The notes: a model not told the origin generated them from the letters alone. Counted from the stretch's first letter, positions 41,239 to 53,924 are shown. The stretch: DNA of 64,000 nucleotides from Octopus vulgaris (GCA_951406725.2 OX597822.1:32736001-32800000), one strand, 5' to 3'. Made by a program: numbers and translations.

Positions 41239-41819
41239 GAGAGGGGGGAGAGAGGGAAGGAGAGCGAGAGAAAGAGAAATGTAGGGCGGAGATAGAGAAG
41301 GAGGAAGGGAGATCAAAATTAAAATGATATAAATGAATTATATGTAGAATATTTTTTTTAAATATACATTATAGAAAATATAACATGCTTTATGGTGAAT
41401 CTGGGGGAGGGTGGAGAAATTCATAGCAGTACAATCAAAAGAGCATGAGAAGCCTATAATTCTTTCATTGCATTTAAATTTCATGTATGTCTCCCTACAA
41501 AACTGTCAAAGACAGCATAGGCAAGAACCGAATAATGGAAGGGAGGAATAACAACCCTAGAACTTTAATACTGATAATACGAATACAACCGATTAGAAAT
41601 TATACTAAATTTCAGGCTTCAATATCCAACTAGTTCTTGGAGACCCAGTGCTGGTAATAATCTGGGATATATTCTCATCGTCAATATTATATTAGATAAA
41701 AGAACCGAGATATGAGTGGGTTAAATAAAGAATTGATAATAGGATATGAAGTAGAGGTCATGAGAAAAATATGCATTAATATTCTCAACGTTCATGCATT
41801 GAGCTACAATTGTAATATT

Positions 41820-42005
41820 AGTTTCAAATTTTGGCAAAACGCCAGAAAATTTAGGGAATGGGTCTAAATCGATTAGATCAACCCCAAAAGGATGAAAGGG
41901 AAAGTCAGACTCGTTGAAATTTGAAATCAAAATATAAAGACGAACGAAATGCTGTTAAGCATTTTGTCCGGTGTGCTAACGATTCTGCTAACTCACTGCC
42001 TTGGT
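41820..42005 (-). mobile_element. SINE family A with 15-bp TSD
   Basis: Family A motifs on the minus strand; TACAATTGTAATATT at 41805-41819 and 42006-42020. Confidence 0.8.
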
Positions 42006-42329
42006 TACAATTGTAATATTCACAACAGGATGTAATACAAATGCCAATAATACATTGGAAGTTTGTGAAATTAAAGTAATAAATTGGAAGTTAGTGAAAT
42101 TTAAAGCTCCACAGGGAAGGAATTTACAAACTAAAAAATCAATATTAAACCATCACATGGAGTAGTATAAAATTTCCAATATGAATATAGAAAATAGTAC
42201 GCAAATACATAGTACGAATAACATAAATAAAAATATGAAGCATATTGTTTCTGGTGTTCGTAAAGATCAATTCAAATAAAAGTCAGTAATTAAAACGGTA
42301 TCAGTGGGTTTGATAAACAAGACCGAAAA

Positions 42330-42560
42330 ATGTGAGACATCTACGAGGACGATTGAGCGCTGGTGTTTGGACGCTGGCCGATTCCGTACGATTGACGCCA
42401 TTTCTTAACCTGTTTGGCGATAGTATTTCTTGCCACAGGACGTACGCACGCACACACGCACACGCACATACACACACACACGTAAATACTCTCACACGCA
42501 TATACACACACATATGCACATAGACGCAAAGCCGCACAAGCGACCAAATATATATATATA

Positions 42561-42595
<35 letters not shown>

Positions 42596-42840
42596 TGATT
42601 TCGGTGAATGCGGAAGTGGCGCCGAAACGTAAACTTAACAGCTGTGACAGACCCGTTATTCTTCACGTAACTGTCGTAGGCAAACACGCGATGCTCTATC
42701 GTCCACAGCGCCATGGCCATACCTGGAAAAAATTGCTAAGACACCACGGACTTAATGGTACTTGTTGATCATATGTCCTTCCCCCAGCGGCTGAATAATA
42801 GCCACGTCAAAACCGCCCGTCCTCTCTGCCCTACCCTGTA
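42330..42840 (-). mobile_element. Tc1/mariner-superfamily 5' fragment (DUF4817-like HTH) split by a microsatellite
   Basis: TA+CAGGGT terminus at 42840. MALWTIEHRVFAYDSYVKNNGSVTAVKFTFRRHFRIHRNQ resumes after a CA/TA tract as PVARNTIAKQVKKWR. Confidence 0.75.
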
Positions 42841-43506
42841 TAGTGATACATGACAGTTTTCTATTTCGAAGACTATGCCAAGATAATGGAATATGTGCAG
42901 AGAAAAAGTACCAGGAGGGCATAACAAAATGTCTCAGGGAACAAAAATACCGGATGTGCTGACTGAACAGATAAGGAAACTGATTCAAATCACCATAACA
43001 ACTCGTCAAAAACAATTAGTTTAAAAGCATATAGTCGAATCGATTTATCAATGCCAAGGAACGACAATATATCTCTTAACGAAATAGGGAAACCGCTTAC
43101 ACGTACAGATGTGTGTTTAGCGAAAATGTGGGTAAATGAAAATGGTGTGTGCTTGCGTGTGTGTGTGTGTGTGTGTAAATAAAGAACAGCTATTCTTCCA
43201 AGCATATACTAAGCACACGACTATGTTCAAGTTTGATATTCATTATTAACGATATGTGATAACTTCATATTAATCCTTTGTGTTTGGACTGCATCATTAA
43301 TGCTTCTAAATTCATTAATAAGATGTTTCACGACATTCAAAATTTTGGTTTCAAAACAACCGTTTGCTTGAGGCGTGTGGTCTGCATTTTATACACTAAG
43401 ATATTACAGTTTTCGAAACAGTATGATGCAACTGTATATCTACGACTCCTGTCGTAACTAAACAATTAAATACTGGTTGAACGAAAAGAATAATAATAAT
43501 AATAAT

Positions 43507-44864
43507 ATACCTTGGTATACTAGAGTTCAACGAGATAATAGAAAAGGAAATGAAAGAGGAACTAAGAACGGAATATATTTCCGAAGACTGAGGTTAGCGT
43601 TGCGCTCAAAATTGAATGGACGGAATAAAATCCAAGCAGTTAATACGTGGGCGACAGCATCACTTCGGTATGGAACGGGAATTATAAAATGGCAAAAGAG
43701 AGAAATGAAGAAAATGGATACCAAGACCAGAAAAATGTTAACAGTACACGGAGCCTTCCATCGTAAGAGTGACACTGATAAGCTGTACTTATCCAGAAGG
43801 GCTAGAGAGTTTTGATAACTTGATAGGAGTATATGGAAGCATAGGGAAATAGCTTAGGGTGTTATATAAAAAAGTTCCGCGGAGCCACTGTTGCAACACA
43901 TGAAGAAGTCCGACGTCATAAAAACTGAAAATTGTGTAACGAAAGAAAAATTTAGATAAGAAATGAAAAAAATGTACGGTCAGTTTTCAAGCGATGTGAA
44001 CACCAAGACAGATACAGAGGACCGGTGGCTATGGATGAGTAACCTGAAGATAGAGACAGAAGCCTTCATATGGGCAGCTCAGAAACAAGCGGTAAGGACC
44101 AACTATATGAAGTGCAGAATAGACAACACTATCGAGGGCAACAAATGCAGAATATGTTGTGAGAGGGTCGAAACGGTATAGCGCATCGTTAGCGAGTGCC
44201 CGAAATTGGCACAAGGCGAATGCAAAACATGTCACAACAATGTGGCAAGAATGATCCGTTAGGAACTCTGTAGAAATCACAGCCTACAAAAAGCAAAGGC
44301 GTGGTATGATTAAACTTCAGAGGGAGTCACCGAGAATGAGAATTGCAAAATCATGCAGGATACAATGATCCAGTGCAATCACCCGACCAGACATCAGAAA
44401 CCAGACTTTGTTGTGGTGAATAAAAAAGGAAGCACATGTATGATAATGGTGCACCTGAGTTTGTGGTGCTTGTGGTGCACCTGAGCACTATACAATAATT
44501 TCATTATTATATATATAATCGACATAGCATGCCCCGGTGACATCAGTTTTAATGTGAAAGAATAAACATTGAACAACTATGACGATTTGAAGTGGGAAAT
44601 ACGAAGGTTATGATCAATGAAGAGGGTAGATGTGATACCAATCGTAATTGGTGCACTTGAAGGTATCAACACTCATACTAACATGGCTGAAAAAGATAGG
44701 TGCACGTGTGAAGGTAAAACACCTGCGAAAAATTAGCATCGCTTGGAACTGCAAGAATTCTTCGCAGAGTTCATGAAGGATGACCAATAACCTTAGTCTG
44801 CTGGCTGTGGATAGCTGACGCTTTCCATCATACCCAGCAATACAAGCTGTGAATTTTCATCACA
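43507..44864 (+). mobile_element. R4/Dong-like non-LTR retrotransposon (restriction-like endonuclease), 5' truncated
   Basis: YLGILE, LRSKLNGRNKIQAVNTWA..LRY and KSDTDKLYLSR, then CRICCERVETV*RIVSEC (zinc finger) and HQKPDFVV..IDIACPGD (RLE). Flanked by (AAT)n at the 5' end and (AAC)n at the 3' end. Confidence 0.85.
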
Positions 44865-45224
44865 TAACAACAACAACAACGATATGTTATCTGCCGCAAA
44901 ATCAGACAGATATACAATACATTTCAATGAAAATTAAATAGCTGGGACGAAACATACACGCGGTTTGTAAGAGATCATTTATACATAAACGATGGGATTA
45001 GAGATACGATGCAAAAAATTTTAATAGAATAAATATAAATGAGTATAAAAACGGTGAATAGTTAAGACATTATATCTATTGTAAAGTTTGAAAAGTCCAC
45101 TAATATACAAATTTTAACTCAAGCTCTCCTTCCGACCCAAGTTTTAATGAGCACACATATTGTGACAAATGCACTCTCTGTTTTAATAAAGAATCTTTCA
45201 CGTAGAATATAAATCAGGTCTCTT

Positions 45225-45426
45225 CGGGCGAAATGCGTAGCCGTATTTCGTCTGCCGTTACGTTTTGGGTTCAAATTCCGCCGAGGTCGACTTTGCCTTT
45301 CATCCTTTCGAGATCGATAAATTACGTACGATTTACGCACTGGGGTCGATGTAATCGACTTAATCCGTTTGTCTGTCTTTGTTTGTTCCCTCCGTGTTTA
45401 GCCCCTAGTGGGTAGTAAAGAAATAC
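45225..45426 (+). mobile_element. 5'-truncated SINE family A with 16-bp TSD
   Basis: ATAAATCAGGTCTCTT (45209-45224) and ATAAACCAGGTCTCTT (45427-45442) flank the family A body and tail. Confidence 0.9.
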
Positions 45427-46559
45427 ATAAACCAGGTCTCTTTGTTAGTTATTCTTTAATGGAACAAGTAATCAAAATGACTGTAGGTTTTCGTTCATTC
45501 AGTAAATGCTTACAAAGGACAAAACTCGGGGTTCATATTTACGTTTAATGTGGGAACTTTTTGGGTGGTATTGCCGTTGCTCTAGTCATCAAATGTCTAG
45601 TTGATTAAGCACTATATTTCTCTTGGTTACACTTTCTACAATTTCTTCATGTGTTCATTGACTATTTTATTATACACTGTGTTACCTTTTGTTCGATGTT
45701 TGCGTTACTTTGATACAGTACATTTTCTCAGAAGCTAATCCGTGGAGAGCTGAGGTCATTTTTGCATCGAGATGTCATTTTCGCCTCAGCATTAAGAACT
45801 AAAATGTAAATGGCAGCATTAACAAAAAAAAGAAAAGACTTTGTTCACTAATCTCAGTAGCTTAAACTTACCCAACTGTTTATTAAAGCTACCTGTGTGA
45901 AATAATATCCCAAATGATTTTAGTTTATCTCGATAATAGTGTTTTTGGGTGAGAGAAATAGAGAGAGAGACAGACAGACAGACAGAGTGTCTGTTTATAA
46001 ATACCAAAGTTAGGATACAGAATATTTCTAACAGTATATTCTAGTCATACATTAATGGTATTCTGCTAACGTTAGATTAACGTAGTCATGCAAAGAAGTG
46101 CCGTTACAAACATTATGACTTACCTGTTTTATTTGTAAACTTTTATTTATAGTTATGGCTACAAACAGAATAATATTTTTCTTGTTTAGAGCATTTCCGC
46201 GATTACTTTGCTTAAAAAATTTTTATGCATTCCATAACATTTATGTTGTTCTGAAATTTCTTGTAATATTTCTATTTCTACTCTGGAAGTTATAATTTTG
46301 TGATCATAACATATTATTTATTGTAACCACAAACTCATATATGCGTCATCATTATCTTATAAAAAGAATAATAAAAATTTTGTCTAAATTATAGAAAAAT
46401 AAACAGATTCACCAAGTTTACCAGTAAACAGAATATTACACTTATTGCTTTCCAGAATATTTATAATAATATATAAAATATTTCTGTTTTCTATTCTTTG
46501 CCTTTTTTCTAAATTTTAGTATTTCAAGCATCTCCTTAACAGATTGCCATATATTAATT

Positions 46560-46876
46560 TTAGAAATTATTTGAACTGTTTCTGAGAGTATGAACAAATC
46601 AACACTTGTAAAGATGAATCATTTTAAAATTAAATTAAATTATAAGATCAATGGAAATAGTTATTTCTAGGTTGAGTGATTCAACAATTTCAGAAATGTT
46701 TCATAACAAGTTTCTATTGTTAGCAATATTGGAATTAAATCATTATTACTTTTTTTATAAGTCTATTTCCATAACTTAAAAGCGGACAACGTTGCTTCTG
46801 AAGTACTTATGGAGCGTTTAACCTGGGTGTAAATATTACAGAAATACAGCAAAACTCCAAATAACGTTTTATAGTT
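46560..46876. repeat. Diverged dispersed direct repeat, copy 1 (partner at 53925-54245)
   Basis: Colinear shared blocks: tcaacactt..agatgaatcatt..aaattaaatt.aattataagatcaatgg..agttatttctag..tttcagaaat..tttctattgttag..gtttaacctg. Confidence 0.75.
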
Positions 46877-47618
46877 ATAACAGATGCTGAAACTCTTTTT
46901 TCAAAGCAATGATTTCACATTCTTTTTCGTTTTTCTCTCACTCTCTCTCGTTTCGCCTCTCCCTTTCCTCTCTCCAATCCTCTCTCCCTCCCTCCCTCTT
47001 TCTCTCTCTCACGCACACATGGACACACGCACGTTCTACTATCCAATATTTTACTGACTCTCAGACCAAAATATTCCAAGGACTCTTGACTTTCAAAGTT
47101 GGTAAAATGAAGTACCTGTCAAGTATAGACTCGATGTAATAGACTTGACCACTTCATGCAGTTTTAAATATTTTGTTTTAAAGTGCTTGGCGTTTGTCAT
47201 TGGTAATCTTGTACGTAAGGTAATGTCATATGCCATCTGTCAGAACAGTTCAGTATCATGTACCAGCTCCGTCAAAAATATATATTTTGGGGGAGTTCTT
47301 ACTGTATGTGTTGGCACTCTAGCCGATACCACGAAAGTTAGATACCTCGAAGACCATCCAACATGAACTAGGACTTGCGAGAGCCATGTCAGCATATTCG
47401 GAAGCCATAGTAAAGATTACACTTCTGCACCACTTTGGCAGGAAAGACAGGCAGTTTTACTTTGACTGATGGCTATGGTGAATAAGGCCTGGCGGCCCAA
47501 GTAGCAGAGAGGATTTAGGAAAGATATTCTACTTCAAGTGTGTATGTATATATATATATAAAAGTTCCATTTTATATTTATATACACACGCATATATATG
47601 TGTATGTGCATATATATA

Positions 47619-47969
47619 TATATAAATATAAATGAGAAAAAAACACCTTTTATCAATTCAACAATGAAAACTAAAGTATACCAATTAGCGAAATTACATA
47701 CTATAGAAAGATCAAATATAACATAAAGCATATAACGTATATATACGTTTTATTCCTTGTTTTGCACATTACTTAATCATCGTTATATGTTTTATTTTAT
47801 ATTTGATCTTTCTATAGTATGTAATTTTCTAGATGGTATAATTTAGTTTTTTATTGTTGAATTGATAAAAGGTGGGTTTTTTCTAATTTATATTTATATA
47901 TTATATTTTGTGAAATTTGATTTAGTATTTCTAAATTGAATTTTTCACTGTAAGTTTGGAATAACATTC

Positions 47970-47974
<5 letters not shown>
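47619..47974 (+). mobile_element. Fold-back mini-element (arms about 120 bp) whose tail matches the terminus of the Penelope RT fragment
   Basis: 47619-47737 is the reverse complement of 47781-47900. The tail 47901-47974 (gtgaaattt..ctaaattgaatttttcactgtaagtttggaat) matches the reverse complement of 52117-52180. Confidence 0.85.
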
Positions 47975-48026
<52 letters not shown>

Positions 48027-48028
<2 letters not shown>

Positions 48029-48514
48029 AGAACAATCTTACTTAGAAATGGATGCGTGCGTTCCGCCATATAATAAATTAATAAATGAAACGTATGCATA
48101 TATACATACATATATGTACGTACCTACCTCTACATGTATATATACATGCATATATGGGTACAGGACACCAAAAAAACGTCGAACACAATGAGAAATGAAA
48201 ACATAAACACAAAACTAAGGAACTGGACATTTTTCTTAACAACGAAAAAATAGAGTACAGGACAAATAACACAAGGAAAATTCCCCTTCTTCAGTCGCCA
48301 TGGTTTCATCTACTCTGCGTTTGTCCAGTAGTCTATTTTTTCGTTGTTTAAGAAAAATGTCCAGTTCCTTGGTTTTGTGTTTATGCTTTCGTTTCTCATT
48401 GTGTTCGACGTTTTTTTGGTGTCCTGTACCCATATATGCATGTATATATACATGTAGAGGTAAGTACGTACATATATGTATGTATATATGCATATATTTT
48501 ATTTATTAATTTAT
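48027..48514. mobile_element. Family P1 fold-back element (arms about 195 bp, spacer about 53 bp)
   Basis: 48073-48266 is the reverse complement of 48320-48514. The spacer holds CTGAAGAAGGGGAA on the minus strand. There is a 46-nt one-sided tail and TA runs on both sides. Confidence 0.9.
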
Positions 48515-48672
48515 ATATATATATAAATGTGAGCGCGTGTGTTTTTGCGATGTGTATGTGTGTGTGTCTGTGTTAAAGGGAACTGTTTCTGTTACGTTCT
48601 CTCATGGCATGAAAAGGATAAATATGTCGCAGAGTTAGGTGATATACACCTGTCACTCAGTAAAATAAAGAT

Positions 48673-49031
48673 AACAAGAGCACTTAGGGAGCGCAAACAC
48701 AAAGGTCCTCTCAACGATTCGCCAAAGATGATTTTTAAAACTAAGAATATCTGAAATAAACTCGATTGCTCACACCCATGAGAATACTAAAAATAAATCC
48801 GACCGCTCTAAAAAATTATTTAGAAAAAGAGGAAAATAATCCATAATCCTTGTCCAGTACCGGATCGATCCTAAGATCTATTGAGTTCGTGCCAGTCACG
48901 TGGTCAAACATCCCTGAAAGTTTCATCCGAATCCATCCAGCGGCTCTTGAGATATCTTAACCGCGGAGAAACAAACACACAAACGAATATGACTGAAACC
49001 AATACCTCCGTTTTCGCTAAAGCAGATGTAA
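48673..49031 (+). mobile_element. Probable non-autonomous Helentron/DINE-1-like element
   Basis: Starts AACAAGAGCACTTAGGGAGCGC, has the core aagtttcatccgaatccatccagcggctcttgagatatc followed by a cag/aac-type simple repeat, and ends in a degenerate subterminal hairpin tacctccg...gcagatgtaa. Confidence 0.55.
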
Positions 49032-49084
49032 CAAGAAGGGAAATATTAACGGACAACCATCTGTAGTGTTTTAAACCAACATAT

Positions 49085-49463
49085 ATCCTTTCCTTCTCTA
49101 GGCACAAGGCCAGTCGATTAGATTAACCTCAGTACACAACTGGTACTTAATTTATCGCCCTCGAAAGGATGAAAGGCAAAATCGCCCTCGGCGGCGGAAT
49201 TTGGACTGAGAACGTAAACACAGACGAAATTCCTATTTCTTTCCTACCCACAAGAGGCTACACACAGAGAGGAAAAACAAGGACAGACAAACGGATTAAG
49301 TCGATTATATCGACGCCAGTGCGTAACTGGTACTTATTTAATCCACCCCGAAAGGATGAAAGGCAAAGTCGACCTCGGTGGAATTTGAACTTAGAACGTA
49401 ACTGCAGACGAAATACCGCTAAGCCTTTCGCCCGGTGTGCTAACGATTCTGCCAGCTCGCCGC
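49085..49463 (-). mobile_element. Dimeric SINE family A
   Basis: A full unit (49235-49463) is fused to a second unit that lacks the A box and has a different tail (49085-49234). Confidence 0.8.
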
Positions 49464-49594
49464 ATTTAAACCAATATATATATTACGAAACACAGGAGAC
49501 TGCTAGGAATATCCATTGGCTTGACGCTTATATGATGCAGTGTAGAGGATGTTTGGGAAATTATATGTGCTATGTGTACGCACACACACACACC

Positions 49595-49672
<78 letters not shown>

Positions 49673-49826
49673 AAAGTTGGTTTGTGAAAGCACGTGGTTG
49701 AATATATAGAAAATAGTAAAAAGCGAAAAAACTACAGAAGACTTAAAGGTTAAAAAATATATATATTTGCGTCAATATGTCTGAAGAATATTAAAACATT
49801 TTTTTCCTTACAATGACATAATTTAG

Positions 49827-49865
49827 AAGAAAGACCGGTTTCGCGTTTAGCTTTTCAAATTTCTT
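49827..49865 (-). ncRNA. Minimal hammerhead motif (U3-A8 core variant), left arm
   Basis: Minus strand: AAGAAA t TTGAAAA GC taaac GC GAAAC CG GTC TTTCTT. Confidence 0.6.
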
Positions 49866-50282
49866 ACGACGTTATGTTTATGTTGAATAGAGTTATCGTT
49901 ATGTTTATGTTTAAAAGAGTTCTAAATAAAGGGAGGTAATGAGTGATTTCTTCCGGTGTAAGGGAGATAATCGCTTTTTTTTTCCTTTCCCTTGGTGTGA
50001 ATTTCTCTGTATCAGTATGTTGGCAGGGTTAAGTCTGGGCTTGTACTTTTCAATGAAGAATGTTTCCTTGTTCAGTCTAATTTGTATTGATGATCCGATA
50101 GCACATTGGTAAAAGGCAAAGATTAAAAATTGTCGTAGTAGTTGCTTTGCGCATTTCACAATGTGCTAACTAAAAGGTTATCTCCCTTACACCGGATGAA
50201 ATTACTCATTACCTCCCCTTAGTTAGAACTCTTTTAAACATAAACATAACGATAACTCTATTCAACATAAATATAACGTCGT

Positions 50283-50321
50283 AAGAAATTTGAAAAGCTA
50301 AACGCGAAACCGGTCTTTCTT
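50283..50321 (+). ncRNA. Minimal hammerhead motif (U3-A8 core variant), right arm
   Basis: AAGAAA t TTGAAAA GC taaac GC GAAAC CG GTC TTTCTT. Palindromic stem III ACCGGT, GUC site, stem I AAGAAA/TTTCTT. Confidence 0.6.
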
Positions 50322-50436
50322 CTAAACTCTGTCATTGTAAGGAAAAAAAAATTTAATATTCTTCAGACATATTGACGCAAATATATATATTTTTTAACCT
50401 TTAAGCCTTCTGTAGTTTTTTCACTTTTTACTATTT

Positions 50437-50509
<73 letters not shown>

Positions 50510-51984
50510 TCATAGTAGTCCACTCTATTAGCAATAGAGCAGTTTCAAATGTTATACCTATTGCAACACTCGACGAACTTTTCTAAGAATTAGATGATGC
50601 CTACGCAGGTTATAGTCCCTTCGGAATTCATCATGTATTCTATAAGACTGTAGCAGGAGGGTCCTGTACGATGACTCTTGTCTGTAATAGAGCTAAGATT
50701 GAAAATCATGAGTGACAGGCTTAAGAACATTATGACCCCCTTATTGTAATTAATACACATCTACTGGAAAAATACCCTGGCTCTAATATGAACAACTGCA
50801 CAAGACTTAGCGCACAATAAAAATAACTGAAGATCTACAATGGGGAGAAAAGAAGGCTGAAGCTTACGGAAGTGGACGGTAATGAGTGCAAACATAAATA
50901 TATGTTTATGGTCAAATATAGAAAAATCTGTTGAGAGTTATCTTACTAAACATTCTCCAATAAGTGTGTACAGGATATTATCACATATTTAAAAATGGTT
51001 TCAAAACAAAATATTTTTAAAAGCAACAAATTCCAAAAAACTACGTTTATCCAAAGCAGAAATCTAATGAATGGTATCATTCATAAGGACATGAAGCAAC
51101 TGCCGAAAGAAACACGAGTGAATTTGAAAATGGTAAATTATTCATCACTAGGGAGATATTTTTCAGCTTCTAGTGACAACCCTCTTTCAGCATGAGTATG
51201 GTTAATATCTTTTATAAAGCAGTTTGACATAAAGAATAATGTCTTTGTGTTGCGTCCTGTATAACTTACTTTTTTCATTTTTTCTTTTTTTACTTACATT
51301 TCCAAAGCACGAATTATATCATTTATCTAAATGATCCAACTTGTCAACCTTGACCTCTAGATTGTCACCCCATTGAAAAACACAATTGGCTAGATATATA
51401 AGGTACTGGCATTTTCATTTGTAGAACCGCACAAAGAGGTAAAAATATACGGAAATACATATGATAGAAATTAATCGTTCTTTCAAAGTAAAAGGATAGG
51501 TATAATTAAAAATTATGATCCGACAACAATGAGAATAATAGCCAAAAAATACCACTAGAGTTTAAAAAGCCAAATCCATAAGTGGAGCTCTAGGGAAAAA
51601 AAAAACTATAAAGGAATATTTTACAGCTAGAAAAAAGGCATTCTTAATGTCAATGCATGAACTAATGTAACAACAGCTTGAATTGAACTTTAGTACATTC
51701 CAGTAGGAAAATATAACAGTGATCTGCGTCTGTAACAGACTTACTTTGTGCAAGAGGGGTTGTTGAATCGAGAGTAATAAATTCTAAAACACTTGGGATT
51801 CTCAGATTAAAGACCTTGGGTTATTCATTGAGACTCTCTGTTCTCTGTTGCGTCAGCTGTGCATTTCATCGTTATGTTTGGGTTTTTTTTTATCTAAAAT
51901 CATACTTGTCAAGTATTAGGATCAATTCAAATCACTTTAACAGTTTCATTCTATCTTTCATCCAGCTCTATCTAGTCTGCCTCA

Positions 51985-52028
<44 letters not shown>

Positions 52029-52050
52029 AGCTAGCTATCTTTCTCTCCAT

Positions 52051-52089
<39 letters not shown>

Positions 52090-52116
52090 CATATTAATAA
52101 TATTATTAATAATAGT

Positions 52117-52959
52117 AAGGAATATAAAATTCCAAACTTACAGGGAAAAATTCGATTTAGCAAATTAAATTTCACAATAAGTAATATATGTATATAATGA
52201 AGAGAGAAACCTCCATTAAGTAATTCAATTGATAGTGAAAGATATTATCTATATTAAATCATATAGAAAGAATTTCAATAGCTACTGTGTATGTTTTGTG
52301 TTATTGAGAGCCATCTATATGTACTGTAGCTCTATAAACTATTCCTCTCTCAAGACATTTTCCTCCTAACGGACCGCAAGTCTGATATTTGAAATTTCAA
52401 TTCTTTTGTTTAAATTTGGCACTGTGTTTTTTTTTGTAATGATTTGCATATTATGCTGATAAAGAGGCGACGTTTTTGCACGAGAATAGTTAACCTTCAA
52501 CGTTCCCGTATTAAAAATCATATAGAACTTATGGCTAGTTCGAAAATGTTTAGAAACTAGTTTTAAGAATTTCCTACATATATGTGTTTTTACCGCAAAA
52601 TTAAATGCCGGATTAAACAGCAAAAACTTACCTAGTTCTAGTTCTACGTGTTCTATTATTGCTAGAAGTAGGTTGATTATATTTGATCTTCTCCGAGAAT
52701 CCACTGTTCTTAATGCATTATTATAATACGGCGCGGTATTTTGAAATGCTGTTTAGTCTGAAGATATGGATGATATGAGCCTTCCTATATTAGAAACTAG
52801 ATTATTAAGAATTACGGGTGGATGATTTGACTCTTTGTTAATATAAAAGAGCTTTTCATCGGGCTTGCAGAGGGTTTAAATTTATCTAATTGCAAAGTTA
52901 ATATCCAAAAAGATCTACATTATTAAGGTTACTTTCTATCGTTATCCGTAAGCCCATTC
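52117..52959 (-). mobile_element. Penelope-like element fragment: RT C-terminus/thumb and linker, plus terminus
   Basis: Minus strand: GLRITIESNLNNVD, KPDEKLFYINKESNHPPVIL, ISSISSD, APYYNNAL and FNPAFNFAVKTHICRKFLKLVSKHF..HKFYMIFNTGTLKVNYS, all typical Penelope/Poseidon motifs. Confidence 0.85.
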
Positions 52960-53249
52960 TTAACTATCTCCTTGGTGTTTATAAGAATGGGAGGTTAAAA
53001 GTAAACTTAAGTCATCCATCCCTTAAAATAAAGTAGATTATATTAACTGTTACTCAAAATTCATTCTCACTGCATTGTACGAAAGTACATTTATATGTGT
53101 GTAGGCATCTCGAGAGTCGTTCAGAAATTCTATTAATGACCTTCTCGTTAGTCCACAGAATAGACAGGGATTCCTCGTAGCAGCGACGGCATCTCCTGGA
53201 AATTTTATTGTATAGTTTGGCGTACCTTACGATGGACCAAGTTATGCTG

Positions 53250-53735
53250 TAAGTTTACTTTTAATCTCCCCATTCTTACAAACACCAAGAAGATAGTTAA
53301 CTCGCTTTGTGATCATGAGTGCACCAAACCTCACGTCTGCGTATGCTCAGATTTTTGCGGATACTTGTATGAGCGAGTGTACTCGCGCCATGCAACTTTG
53401 TTAACGGTTGTTTGTTAACGGTTATTTTTAATACTTTTCTCGCTGGATTGCGTGTTCATTTCTCTTTTTGCCATCTGTGATTTTAATTTTGATCTACATA
53501 TATGAAGATATTTCCTCCGTCTGGTTGCTTTTCTTTCTACAAAACGAGAAGTTACATTGCGGAACTGTTATTTTAACGAGTTGTGTTTATTTATCACCCG
53601 ATGTGATACATCTGCACCGAAGGATGCTCCTAAACCAGTTGTTGAATATCCCATTCATGAGGGATCGATGATAGATATATCGAAACAATTGTCGTGATTA
53701 ATAATAAATTCTCGTATATTCCATCTTCTGTCTTT
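53250..53735 (+). mobile_element. Probable Penelope-like pLTR with a short inverted partner at 52960-53009
   Basis: 53250-53300 is the reverse complement of 52960-53009. Contains a hammerhead motif and ends at a TG microsatellite. Confidence 0.55.
53591..53700 (+). ncRNA. Type I hammerhead motif with an extended stem II loop
   Basis: ATCAC CCGATGT GATACATC [about 60 nt] GATATATC GAAAC AATT GTC GTGAT. Stem I 5 bp, stem II 7/8, palindromic stem III ACAATTGT, GUC site; two core substitutions. Confidence 0.6.
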
Positions 53736-53924
53736 CATTTGCCATATGTGTGTGTGTTTGTGTGTGTATGTGTGTGTGTGTGAGAGAGAGAGTGTGTCTG
53801 TGTGTCTGTGTGTCTGTGTATTTATATATTAAAAGACATGTGACAAGTTATGTATGTATGTATGGTTGGCGTTTCACAAAACTTCAATATTTCTAGCCTC
53901 TAAATAGATATCGTTATGTTAATT

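Larger units (their letters stand above)
49671..50439 (-). mobile_element. 5'-truncated Penelope-like element with inverted pLTRs and a GIY-YIG C-terminal remnant
   Basis: Arms 49708-49970 and 50178-50439 are near-identical inverted copies. The spacer reads HIVKCAKQ..FLIFAFYQC..RLNKETFFIEKYKPRLN on the minus strand. There is a 37-nt tail and TA runs on both sides. Confidence 0.85.
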
